DNA of 64,000 nucleotides from Methanobacteriota archaeon (GTDB lineage Archaea; Thermoplasmatota; Poseidoniia; Poseidoniales; Poseidoniaceae). Location of the stretch: assembly GCA_002726395.1 (NCBI GenBank), contig PBTA01000030.1, forward strand, positions 29,877-93,876, read 5' to 3'. This document shows, piece after piece, positions 28,902 to 39,000 of the stretch (positions are counted from its first letter, which is position 1; every line of letters begins with the position of its first letter). The notes beneath the pieces are model-generated. The model had not been told where the DNA came from. It ran no database searches and worked only from the letters and a program-made list of their open reading frames with translations. Position numbers and translations under genes: made by a program.

Positions 28902-29938
28902 CAGTCGATATCTTGGTCTTCATCATGGCCATCCATATTATTGTACTCAAAGTTGGCAATCATTGGGTGTAACATAACTTGAATTATTGGCCACAGCCTT
29001 AGGAAAGATGGAGAATAATGCCATAATAATTTGACCATTGGGTGCTGTGAAATCGGTATTCCCCCCTCGCCAATTGGGGGGGTATCGTCAGGTAAATTGT
29101 TTAATCTAGCAACCAAATCTTGCAGACTTTGCATTTCATCAAAGTCAATTATCTCAAGCTCTTCACAGGTTTCAATTGATAATTCAATCAAGTCTGCTAA
29201 TTCTTTGGGATGTAAGTGTGGGTCTATTTGAGAATCTACATCGATTGGACCAAAACAGACATTGCCTAGGTCAGTTTCTAGCTCGTGTTGGTCTTGATAC
29301 TCTATCTTCATCAGTTTTTGGGAATCTAAATCGCCTAATGGTGCAACAATAAAACCGCCGTCTGAGATTCGTGACTTGACCCACTCTGGGATAACCTCAA
29401 TTTGCCCAGTCATAATTACTCGGTTAAATTCTCCTGGAAATGCGACTGGTGCAACAGATAAATCCTCGATTCGTCTGATATCAACAGTTGGCCAATGTGA
29501 TAGTCTTTCTTTAGTATAATCTACCACTTCAGAAGATGGATCTAAAACATTTACTCGACCTTTTTCACCAACAATAGTTGCTATTAATGCCGCTAAATAG
29601 CCGCCTTTACATCCAATTACTATCACTTCTTGGTCATGATTCAATTCCATATGATGCAATAGACTGATAATCATATGTGGCGCAGAGATTGTTTTGATAT
29701 TACCAGAATTAGATTCTATGTAGGGTACAGGTCTATCGGCATAAAATGGCGAGGCATCATAATCAGTAAAATCTTCTAGATCGACTTTTAGCATTGCTAT
29801 TCTAATATGTTTTGGGACCTCTATACCCTCTTTGGACAGGCGTCGAAGCAACTCGGCTGTCCGGGTCATGCAACTGGTATAACCTCGTATCTTGTAAATA
29901 GTCCCATTATTTTGAAGAGGCCTTGAGTTTTTCCTCAA
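28898..29938 (-). CDS. Protein-L-isoaspartate O-methyltransferase (PIMT)-like protein with a degenerate SAM motif and a ~130-aa acidic C-terminal extension
   Basis: PIMT fold pattern: RIAMLKVDLEDF, YADRPVPI, TISAPHMIISLL, then VIVIGCKGGYLAALIA in place of the canonical VLEIGTGSGY, then the PIMT-like tail (GGFIVAPLG). Confidence 0.5.
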   Translation of the reverse strand: MRKNSRPLQNNGTIYKIRGYTSCMTRTAELLRRLSKEGIEVPKHIRIAMLKVDLEDFTDYDASPFYADRPVPYIESNSGNIKTISAPHMIISLLHHMELNHDQEVIVIGCKGGYLAALIATIVGEKGRVNVLDPSSEVVDYTKERLSHWPTVDIRRIEDLSVAPVAFPGEFNRVIMTGQIEVIPEWVKSRISDGGFIVAPLGDLDSQKLMKIEYQDQHELETDLGNVCFGPIDVDSQIDPHLHPKELADLIELSIETCEELEIIDFDEMQSLQDLVARLNNLPDDTPPIGEGGIPISQHPMVKLLWHYSPSFLRLWPIIQVMLHPMIANFEYNNMDGHDEDQDIDW

Positions 29939-30824
29939 TCACATCATCGATATAACTCAGATTTTCTTGATGCTCTTTGACAGCCAATTCGATCATTTCC
30001 TCACCAGTAATTCCTTCATACAAATCCTCAGTTAAATTACTCAATTGAGTTTGGATTGATTGTTTGATATTATTTAGGATATGAATCATGTTATCAGTAA
30101 TATCAAGTTCTTCATTTTCGGATTCTAGTACAACGGTTTCCATAAGGTTTTTCACAACTTTTGGGTCTGTATATAGTTCATCAAAAGATGAGAACATGTC
30201 ATCCATCAAGATTGATTCGATTCTAGCTAAGTGTTCTGAAATTGTTGCCCTAGCCAACCCGATCTCAACTGCTAAATCAGAAATCCTTGTCCGTTTGGGG
30301 ATGTCAAAATAACCTCTGTCATAAGCAAATTTTGCCAATTTTAATTGTTTTGTATTAAGCACAGAGCGGTCTAAAGTAGAATTGAAATCTAAACTTCTAG
30401 CGCTGATTCGGTCCGGCTGGGATATTAACCTTGCCAAGGTAGAAACCAAACGTAATTTCAGCGGCGGTCCTTGAATTATGTAAGTTAGTCCTTCTCCATC
30501 TAATCTACAACCAGGTACTGCACTTGTTCCGTTAGTTCTAGCATTCAAATTAGATACTGAGTGGTTTAATTTAACTAATATTATGTAGCTATCAGAGTTG
30601 TCTTTTGGCTCAAGAATAACCTCTAGTAATTCCAAGAAATGAAGGTCTTCTATGTCTTGAGGTGAACGTCCTTCACAAAAATTTGCCTTCAAAATGATTC
30701 TGATATCTTTTGGGACTCTTTTGACATAAGATATAAACTCTAGTTGAGTAAATACATCGACAATACCTCCTATGTCTAGGTTGGCAAGGCGTGTTCTTTT
30801 CCAAAACAGGGTCACTTCGCGCAT
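29907..30824 (-). CDS. HTH_10 (bacterio-opsin activator-type) DNA-binding regulator
   Basis: AYDRGYFDIPKRTRISDLAVEIGLARATISEHLARIE matches the HTH_10 signature (GYFD.PR...L.ELA..LG.S.ST.S.HLR.AE). Overlaps the PIMT-like gene by 32 nt. Confidence 0.6.
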   Translation of the reverse strand: MREVTLFWKRTRLANLDIGGIVDVFTQLEFISYVKRVPKDIRIILKANFCEGRSPQDIEDLHFLELLEVILEPKDNSDSYIILVKLNHSVSNLNARTNGTSAVPGCRLDGEGLTYIIQGPPLKLRLVSTLARLISQPDRISARSLDFNSTLDRSVLNTKQLKLAKFAYDRGYFDIPKRTRISDLAVEIGLARATISEHLARIESILMDDMFSSFDELYTDPKVVKNLMETVVLESENEELDITDNMIHILNNIKQSIQTQLSNLTEDLYEGITGEEMIELAVKEHQENLSYIDDVIEEKLKASSK

Positions 30825-30873
30825 GACTCACCTAATTATAGAGGATAAATAATATCTATTGAACTTAGTTTAT

Positions 30874-31557
30874 TCAGTTTCTCATCTCTAGCCATGCTAA
30901 AAAGGAAACAATTGGTAGTAATATCAACAGCATTCTGTTTAATTTATTTTGATAAGCATTGTACTCATGTGAGGCTATAGGGTTCACTTCTATAGATTTT
31001 GCTTTACGGGATCTTCGCAAAACACCTACTTTGTCTTCGACTATTTTTAAGACACGGTTTCTAAGTTCTGGTGAAGAACTCTTGTGGTTTCCTCTGCCAA
31101 CAATAAATTTTACCGTAGTTGTTTCAGCAATATCCAGTGCAGCATCAACTACTCCCTCCACATTAGTAAGATTGTGCATATCGATTCTTAGGTTCATTCC
31201 ATCACTTGAGATATGACTTAGAGTACGCCATTTTCCTTGTCCTTCATTATACTTGGATAATTTTTCCCTAGCTTCAATAAGCGGCTCTTTGGTTAATATT
31301 ACTGGTTTTCTTCTTCTCGATAGGAATGGCCCAAGCAAGAGGGAAAACAAAAATGGTGGAATGCACATTAAAGAAATAGTTCTTTGAACATTTTCAGCGT
31401 CGGTAAGAACAGAGATAGTTGCGAGAGAAAAACCGAGGTAAAGGCCAATCAAGCCACCGGCTTGAAACCCCATGGTGAGTCCAACCGGCTCTCCAACTTC
31501 ATCTGCCATGTTATGGCCAAAGCCGGATTGTAGAAGAATACTTTGACATGAATTCAT
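30874..31557 (-). CDS. Membrane-anchored Smr (small MutS-related) domain protein
   Basis: Three N-terminal TM helices. C-terminal IDMHNLTNVEGVVDAALDIAE...FIVGRGNHKSS...LRNRV matches the Smr domain pattern (DLHG...A.....I.G.G.HS). Confidence 0.45.
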   Translation of the reverse strand: MNSCQSILLQSGFGHNMADEVGEPVGLTMGFQAGGLIGLYLGFSLATISVLTDAENVQRTISLMCIPPFLFSLLLGPFLSRRRKPVILTKEPLIEAREKLSKYNEGQGKWRTLSHISSDGMNLRIDMHNLTNVEGVVDAALDIAETTTVKFIVGRGNHKSSSPELRNRVLKIVEDKVGVLRRSRKAKSIEVNPIASHEYNAYQNKLNRMLLILLPIVSFLAWLEMRN

Positions 31558-31578
31558 TATAAGTCGTTTCTTGTTAGC

Positions 31579-32304
31579 GTGTATGTGAACAAGAATGGAT
31601 TAGCCTCTCGTGACCGAGAGAAGAAAGTTGGGAACTGGGTGTTTTATGTCTCAGCTTTCTTTTTCATTTCTTTTTTTCTTGCACCAATAATAGTAGGTAC
31701 CGGAGAAGTCCCGCCTTTAGAAGCAAGAGCAAATGCCTTTGATTATGCAACCAGTGACGGCATGTGGTCTTCAGGTAATGATAACTTAGAAGATGACTTT
31801 GCCTGGACTGAATTAGATCCATACTCGGCGTTGATTTACGGGTTTGGAGACCTCAACTGTCATCAAAAATATGAGCGTTCTTGGATAATAAACGACAATC
31901 AAATGCCAGTTTGCACTAGAGACGTTGGAATCTTTTTCGGACTTGCTGTTGGGGGTTTTTGGTTTTCAAGAAAGGGATACAATCGTTGGACTGTAAAAGA
32001 CACTTGTCTTTCTTTACTACCCGATAGATGGTTACTTAACACCTATCTAAAAAATCGTAGAACCTTAGTTTGGCTTTTGTGCGGCTTAGCCCTTTGTTTA
32101 CCATTGATCATCGATGGTTTCACTCAATTATTAACTTCCTACGAATCAAATAACATTACTCGCCCGCTTACAGGAATTGGATTTGGAGTTGGATTGGGGG
32201 TACTAATTAGTGCTACTTATTCGGCTAAGTCAAAATATTTCAAATCAGCATCACAAGTTAGTTTGCCGGGTGGGATGAAGTTTCAGCTCGTCGAAGAAGA
32301 GTGA
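31579..32304 (+). CDS. Hypothetical polytopic membrane protein
   Basis: Multiple hydrophobic helices. No motif recognised. Confidence 0.3.
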   Translation: MYVNKNGLASRDREKKVGNWVFYVSAFFFISFFLAPIIVGTGEVPPLEARANAFDYATSDGMWSSGNDNLEDDFAWTELDPYSALIYGFGDLNCHQKYERSWIINDNQMPVCTRDVGIFFGLAVGGFWFSRKGYNRWTVKDTCLSLLPDRWLLNTYLKNRRTLVWLLCGLALCLPLIIDGFTQLLTSYESNNITRPLTGIGFGVGLGVLISATYSAKSKYFKSASQVSLPGGMKFQLVEEE

Positions 32305-32305
32305 A

Positions 32306-33664
32306 TTAAGGCGGAAGTGTTTTCCACCAAACGATTAGTTCTTCTATGCTACTAGGTACTGGGCATTCACGATGTCCGCTAGTCAGTATTACTAATCTCT
32401 CTGTGACATCTTTAATACATTTTTTTAGTTGATAAGCCGGTAATTTTGCTGGATTTTTTTGAATAATTTCTTCTAGACATATTTCCCACTCACTACTTGG
32501 ATTTGCCCTACGCCATGATGATATTGACGTTCTCAATGGCCACATTGCTAGAGCAAGTCTACCAAAACCAAGACGCTCTTCTCTAAGTTTGAAGACTTTC
32601 GCTTCAGAGAATGGTATGTGATTGAACTGTTTATTAATCCACTTTTCTTCTTCCAACCATTTGACTAAACGTTGTGTATGTCTCCTAGTGATCATTCTGT
32701 GAGGGCCAAGAAGTTTATGCAATTTTGGTACTTCAGTTGATCCACCAATAAGGGATAGAGAACCAAGAATTGACCACGAGGATAATGAAAAAGGATTAAT
32801 TGGGACATCGAATTCCTTAGCAGATTTTTGAGGCCAATTATCTTCGGCGAATTTCATCCATTTTGCAGGAGAGTTTTTCGCCAACCAACCCTCGTGTATA
32901 GCAGTCATATTCTTCGGGGCGCCAGGCAGTCTTGTTTGAGTTTCTAGATTGCCGATCATTTTAGAAAGTAAGTACCTATCTACTTTGTCGCTGTCTACAT
33001 TTAATGGCGCTGGTTTTTTGTTAAAGAAAGTTCTAAGAGTATCACTTAATTTTTTCTTTAATTCATCTAGTCCAGATTCATTCAAAATAGGTCCAACAAC
33101 CTGGCATTTATCAAATGGCTCAGGTACCTTGATTTTGCCTGATAATAAAGCTCTAAAACCCTTGCGGATTTGCTTTTGAATTTCAGTAGTTTCAAAATAT
33201 TCCTGCTTATTGCTGGTCATTCTCAATGTACCGGAACGGATCCTTTTCATTGCTTTTACAGGGTCGCAATCAATCCAAATTACTAAATCAGGTATCATTG
33301 CTGCAGCATTCATTTTAACTACGTCATCAATTCCTAGTTCGCCGACTATACCTTGGTAAATCATTGATGAATGTATATTTCGGTCAGATACCACTATCTG
33401 CCCTTTCTCAAGTAAAGGTTTGATGATAGTATGAGAATGGTCTAAGCGGTCTGCTGCGAATAAACCAGCCTCTTGTAGTGGCGTTTTGTCGCCTTTCATT
33501 ACTGATTCTAGGGCTAATTTGCCTAATTCACTATGTCGTCTAGGTTCGTGTGTCGAATGTATTTTTGGAAACGGGAAGTCATTCAAAATTTCACCAATTA
33601 TCCTAGCAGCCTCTCCTTTGCCAGAACCATCTCCTCCTTCGACTGAAATGAGGTACATCTTCAA
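32306..33664 (-). CDS. Thymidylate kinase-like protein with a non-canonical P-loop and a ~250-aa C-terminal domain of unknown function
   Basis: YLISVEGGDGSGKGE (P-loop with GKGE in place of GKT/ST). LFAADRLDHSHTIIKPLLEKGQIVVSDRNIHSSMIYQG matches the TMK DRxxH/DRY region. LID-like KAMKRIRSG. Residues about 200-452 have no recognised fold. Confidence 0.55.
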   Translation of the reverse strand: MKMYLISVEGGDGSGKGEAARIIGEILNDFPFPKIHSTHEPRRHSELGKLALESVMKGDKTPLQEAGLFAADRLDHSHTIIKPLLEKGQIVVSDRNIHSSMIYQGIVGELGIDDVVKMNAAAMIPDLVIWIDCDPVKAMKRIRSGTLRMTSNKQEYFETTEIQKQIRKGFRALLSGKIKVPEPFDKCQVVGPILNESGLDELKKKLSDTLRTFFNKKPAPLNVDSDKVDRYLLSKMIGNLETQTRLPGAPKNMTAIHEGWLAKNSPAKWMKFAEDNWPQKSAKEFDVPINPFSLSSWSILGSLSLIGGSTEVPKLHKLLGPHRMITRRHTQRLVKWLEEEKWINKQFNHIPFSEAKVFKLREERLGFGRLALAMWPLRTSISSWRRANPSSEWEICLEEIIQKNPAKLPAYQLKKCIKDVTERLVILTSGHRECPVPSSIEELIVWWKTLPP

Positions 33665-34506
33665 TCCTCTAAGTAATCTTCATACTGATCCTTTACTAAC
33701 GAATTTAACGCCATACCAGCCAGTATCAAAATGGGACCAATCCAAATAAGACCACGGCTAAATAAACTAATTCCAGCAAGGTATTGTGTCCTTCTGTATC
33801 GACTAGCCCTTCTAGTTTCTACTGATGCTTGTATGCCAACAAATCCAGTTATAATGGTCATCACTCCAAGGAATGTTGATAATGCAACAGCTGCTTCAAG
33901 AGACCATCCCCCTTCACTATCTACGAAGTCTTCTTGGATTATAATTGATGGATTACCAGTTTTCATGGTAAACGGACTCATTAACCCATCCTCAGCAATA
34001 AATGTACGCTCAAGGCTGCTATAACCATCTTTTACGACTCTTATTGTCATCGTTTCGGGTTTGACATTATCCAACTGGAAGTATCCGTTATCATTGGTAA
34101 GGACTGTCTGAATTACTGAATTTGAATTATCTTCGTACAGTTCTATACTTGCGTTATTTATGGCAACGCCGTCATCGGTTAGTACTTGACCAGTCAAGTC
34201 CACTGTTTCTGCCTCGTTAAATAAGGAAGAATTTAGCAAATCGCCTGGATTGCCTTGCAGCAAGATTCCACCACTAATTATGCCTAAGATACTGCCTACC
34301 AGTATTGCAATGGCTGCAATCATGCGCAGTTTAGATCGTTCATCATAGTCTAAATCAATCATCGGTTTTACAACAATATCCTGTTGAATATTTTCTTCAT
34401 TTTCAGTTAAGTCAGAATAATGTATTGCTTCATTTGGGGAATCAATTTGTGATTGAACACGCTTCCGAAGTTCAGCCCTGCGCTGCTCAAAACTTTTCCC
34501 AGTCAT
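33661..34506 (-). CDS. Membrane protein with an extracytoplasmic carboxypeptidase-regulatory-like (CarbopepD_reg) beta-sandwich domain
   Basis: GQVLTDDGVAINNASIELYEDNSNSVIQTVLTNDNGYFQL between TM helices. ATGA overlap with the TMK-like gene. Confidence 0.4.
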   Translation of the reverse strand: MTGKSFEQRRAELRKRVQSQIDSPNEAIHYSDLTENEENIQQDIVVKPMIDLDYDERSKLRMIAAIAILVGSILGIISGGILLQGNPGDLLNSSLFNEAETVDLTGQVLTDDGVAINNASIELYEDNSNSVIQTVLTNDNGYFQLDNVKPETMTIRVVKDGYSSLERTFIAEDGLMSPFTMKTGNPSIIIQEDFVDSEGGWSLEAAVALSTFLGVMTIITGFVGIQASVETRRASRYRRTQYLAGISLFSRGLIWIGPILILAGMALNSLVKDQYEDYLED

Positions 34507-34536
34507 TACAGGCCCTCCATGTAGTTACGATATAGT

Positions 34537-34571
34537 GCGCGGATAATACCTCTTCCCTTGTTTGTCCGCGC
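34537..34571. other. Inverted repeat (7-bp perfect stem GCGCGGA/TCCGCGC, 21-nt loop) in the 97-bp spacer between two co-directional minus-strand genes
   Basis: Seen directly in sequence. It lies 3' of the M28 peptidase gene and 5' of the membrane-protein gene. Confidence 0.3.
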
Positions 34572-34603
34572 TTAATATTACCTTTAGAGAGAAATATCTG
34601 CAA

Positions 34604-35914
34604 CTAATTCATATTATTCTTTATTTGATTCTCCCACCAACTATTACTCTCATCTTGTTCAGAATCTTTATCCGAGTGTAAATCTTCTTTTTGTTTAGTA
34701 ATCAAACCAAAGATTAACACCACTAAGCCAAAGACTGAAAAGCCAAAGACTGAAATAACAATCAACAATGAAATATACTTCTTATACCCATAATCTGAAT
34801 TTGCTGAATTATCACTGTTAGTGTTACTGCTTTCTGTATTGTTGATATTTTCTTTATTTGTAATGTCATCTACCAAATTCCAAGCAGATGTCCTCAAACC
34901 AAGTTCAAGAATAGATCCAATGTAGTTAAGCGACTGTGAACTTACTTTGTCTGCAGTATCATTCTGGGTATGCCAATGCCCTCCAAAAGAAGGTGCATTT
35001 TCACCGTAATTTATGTCGATAAAATTAATCGCAGGGATTCCCGCATTGTGTGCTGCGACATGGTCGTCTATCACTCCTCTCTCATCATTTGGATCTGGAT
35101 TGTAGATGTCTTGGCCGTTATTGCCATTACAGTCCAGCTCACCATCTATCATACCAAGTGCGGCTGTTATTGGGGTTATTGTTTCCCAAAGCCTATCAGA
35201 GGTGCTGGTAACTCTGGTGAAGTCAAGGTAAATATCCCCTATCATGTCTATTACGATATATGCAGAGATATTTGCTTTGTAATCATTGGTCAAATTACTA
35301 ACCCAAGCATCTGCGCCGTAAGACCAAGTATTTGCTTTGTAAGGTTGTCCTTGATCTTCAGCATCAGTAAAAAATAGAGTAACATCATGATTAATTTGTA
35401 ACGATGGTATTATTCTTCCAAGTTCGATTAGTACAGCAACACCACTTGCTCCATCATTTGCCCCTAAAATTGGCTGGTTTCTTTTTGATTCATCAGCATC
35501 CCTGTCCGCTATGTACCTACTATCATAATGAGCGACGAATATCACATTTTGTCCCGTTGTATTATCAGGGCTGTAAGTGCCGACTAGATTTGTTAGAGTA
35601 AAATTAGCTCTTTGATGCGATGATTCTGTAAATGACCATTCTGTGAGGTTTTCCGTGACAGATTGGCGAAGTTCTGCCGAAGCATCAGACCCGGGTAAAC
35701 GATATCCTAGACTAGTTTGCCAAGAGACCGACTGATTGGCTTTTGTAGCGTTAAACTGTAATTCAGAAATTGAATCACAGGGGTCGCTTCCCAGATATAT
35801 CTGTTGAGAGTTATTTGAAGAAATAGTGGTTGACAGCATCAAAATAAAGACGATAAATACGCTCGATATGACCCTGAGTTTCAGGTTATTGTCATGCGGT
35901 TTGACAATGAGCAT
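34604..35914 (-). CDS. M28-family zinc aminopeptidase, secreted with a C-terminal TM anchor
   Basis: FVAHYDSR, GANDGASGVAVLIELGR and FFTDAEDQG (M28 Zn ligand blocks). N-terminal signal peptide. C-terminal hydrophobic helix followed by an acidic tail. Confidence 0.7.
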   Translation of the reverse strand: MLIVKPHDNNLKLRVISSVFIVFILMLSTTISSNNSQQIYLGSDPCDSISELQFNATKANQSVSWQTSLGYRLPGSDASAELRQSVTENLTEWSFTESSHQRANFTLTNLVGTYSPDNTTGQNVIFVAHYDSRYIADRDADESKRNQPILGANDGASGVAVLIELGRIIPSLQINHDVTLFFTDAEDQGQPYKANTWSYGADAWVSNLTNDYKANISAYIVIDMIGDIYLDFTRVTSTSDRLWETITPITAALGMIDGELDCNGNNGQDIYNPDPNDERGVIDDHVAAHNAGIPAINFIDINYGENAPSFGGHWHTQNDTADKVSSQSLNYIGSILELGLRTSAWNLVDDITNKENINNTESSNTNSDNSANSDYGYKKYISLLIVISVFGFSVFGLVVLIFGLITKQKEDLHSDKDSEQDESNSWWENQIKNNMN

Positions 35915-36000
35915 TACTGACTCCTAACAGACGGACACTTAAATAGTTCTTTTTCACTGCTTAATTTGAATGCAAGGTTGCATTTAGTTGGGTCCCTCTC

Positions 36001-39000
36001 ATGTCGGAAAAACGCTCTACAAAATCACTGTTTTTAATTGGCCTGATGGTAATTTCTTTTTTGACCCCAGTTTTGTCCTCGGCATCGGCTGATGAACAGT
36101 TAGACGGCCAGGATGATGAGTATGATGCACAAGGAATAATTATCGGCGATTTAACAGAGTTTGATCCTGCCGACGGTCGAGAGTATTTGTTGATTGAAGA
36201 AGACACTGCGGTCGTATCAGCATATGGTTTCATGAAGCAGGCATGGATTGACTCAGGAAGGCCTGGAGTTGATGATATGAAATATGAACCAGTAACTCAC
36301 GGCAGAGCAAGTGGTAGAGTCTGTACGCCCCACTTAACTGGAGACGCCCTTACAGTTCCAATTTCAGGTGGTTCTATTGATGCATATGTCGCAAAGACTA
36401 CCAACACTGTGGCGTTTATTGTTCAAACAGGCAGAACTCTATCATCAACTGTTTTAAATAATCTAGCATCGTCTTGGGATTCAACAATTTACCCAACAAT
36501 GACCACTTACTACGGGAAAGATTACGGTGACGGACGTGGACTTGCTGCTCCAGATATAGACAACAATTGTCAAGTGCAAATCATAGTATACGATATTGAT
36601 GGGGCATTCAATACTGGTGGTTACTTTGCTCCATCATTTGCTAGTGTAAGGGAGTCTGTTTTCATAGACTTTGCCGACATTACCCTTAACTGGGGCAAAT
36701 CAATAATTGCTCACGAATTGCAGCATTTACTGCACAATGCCCAGGATCCTTATGAAAATTTATGGATTGATGAAGGCAATGCAGATGTAGCAATATATCT
36801 CTGCTTTGGCCCTGACTCAACACTGGTTAGTCATCTAAATCAATGGACAGAAGCTCCTGAATTGTCCATAAGATGGTGGAATCAAAGATTTGCAGACTAC
36901 GGTGCAGGATTTATTTTCACAATGTATTTGGCCGATCATTTAGGTGGCGGCCCAGCAGTAAGACAATTGGTTCAAGACTCGGCTACTGGCGGGGTAAGTG
37001 TTCAAAATCTAGCATTATCGCCTCCTTCGGGCTCCTCTGGTGCGATTGGCCGGACCATGGGAGAGATTTTTGCTAATTTCTCAGTCGCAGCATTTTTGGA
37101 TTCAGAACAAGGGATTTACGGGTTTTCGAATCTAGACTTAACTCCAGTTTGTAGTTCGAATTCTTTCTGTCGTGCCCAGCCAACTGAAGTAAATAGTGAT
37201 TGGAGCACTCCATGGTCATCAACTGGTAACAGCGTTGAAGGATGGGGACTTAGAGGATTTAAATTCACTCCTGGCTCATCATCTCCAGCACCTTTGACAA
37301 TTAGGTTAACTGCGGATGTAAGCCAATTTGACGGCGTTATTGTTAGCAAATCAATGGTTGATGGTCTACTTTCAGTAACAGACTTGACATTCCAAAATAA
37401 TGTTGCTACTGCTCTTGTTCCTGGTTTTGGTAATTTGACAGATGAAGTTTGGGCAATAACTTGGTATGCAAGCACAGTAGCAGATTGCGATTACACTTCT
37501 TGCGGCTCATCTTACCCCCAAGGAACGGTTGATGTTGAAGCTGCAAGAATAACTTCCCCTGCTAGTTTGACTATCAATAACTCAGTTTTATCAGATAGAG
37601 ATGGCGATAGTAATGATGACACTGTTCAAGTAAACTTTGATGTTTTCTCTAACGCCTTTTTCGAAGATTTAGATGTTGATATCAGCATTTTAGATTCTAG
37701 TGGTAACATAATTGACGAGAAGACTTCTAGAATTTCAGCCGGTGGTGGTGTTAACTCAAACAGCAATATTTGGTTTACTGCGCCAAATGATGGTCAGTAT
37801 ACGGTCAAGTTTGACATGTACGATATGATTGGAACTCTTGTTGACAGTGTTTCAACCCAAGCTTGGGCTTTATCCAATATGCGTCCAACTGCAAATGCAT
37901 CAGTTTCTACTAATGTGTCTCAAACATGGGAAAACATACAATTTGTCGGTGACGGATTTGATGCTTGGGGTTTGTCCCTAGACAATAATACCTTGCCATA
38001 CCTAGACCAACCGGTTGCTTATGCATGGGACTTTGGTGATTCAGTCACTTCTAATTTGAAATCCCCAACACGTTCTTATCAAAATGCTGGATTGTATAAC
38101 GCAACGTTGCGAATAATGGATCAAGGGAATACCTGGTCTGAAACAGATGTTGTTCAAATAAATGTTACAGATGATTCAGTGCCAATTCCAGTTATTACAG
38201 TAAATAACGTTGTCATTACAGACAATATTAGTATCTTGACAGAGCAAACAATTCAATTTTCTGCTTCTCGGACTGTGGACAATGTTCCTTTGAGTAATTT
38301 AGATTTCCAATGGGAGTGGGGTGATGGAACATTAGATTCTGACACAGGTAAATATCTAGTCCAGCATAAATGGGATGCAATCAATCAAGAAGTAGAAGAG
38401 TACAATTTGACTCTGTCGGTATTTGATGGCTTCAATACTGGTACTGTTTCGATTAGTGTATTTGTCAATAATAGAGTTCCATATCAAATCTTTTCAGATA
38501 ATTTGACCACTTACACATACACTTCAGTCCCAATGCCAGATGTATTTGCTGATGACGATGGAACAATTGTTTCATATGATTGGGTATTTCCAGAAGGTGT
38601 TAACCTAAATGGTGGGATTACCGATCAAGGAGACGACTTTTTACAGACCACTTCAAGTGATACTTATCCTAACCCCTCTTGGGATTCTCCTGGAATAAAA
38701 ATCGTAACTCTGACAGTTACCGATGATGACGGTAGCCAATCTACTACACAATTATTTGTTAATGTGTTAAATCAAATTCCTGTAGCAGACTTCATTGTAA
38801 GGATTACAGAGAACGGCGAGACTTCGGCTATAGACTTTAGAGCCGAGGATGGTTTTGTTGATGTCCCATACACATTTGATGGAATCTCTTCTTATGACAT
38901 AGATTCAACTACTGGCGATTCTGCTGGATTAATTTATAATTGGTCATTTGGTAGTGATGAATTCAGTGAAAATGCCATTACTACATACACCTTCACCGAA

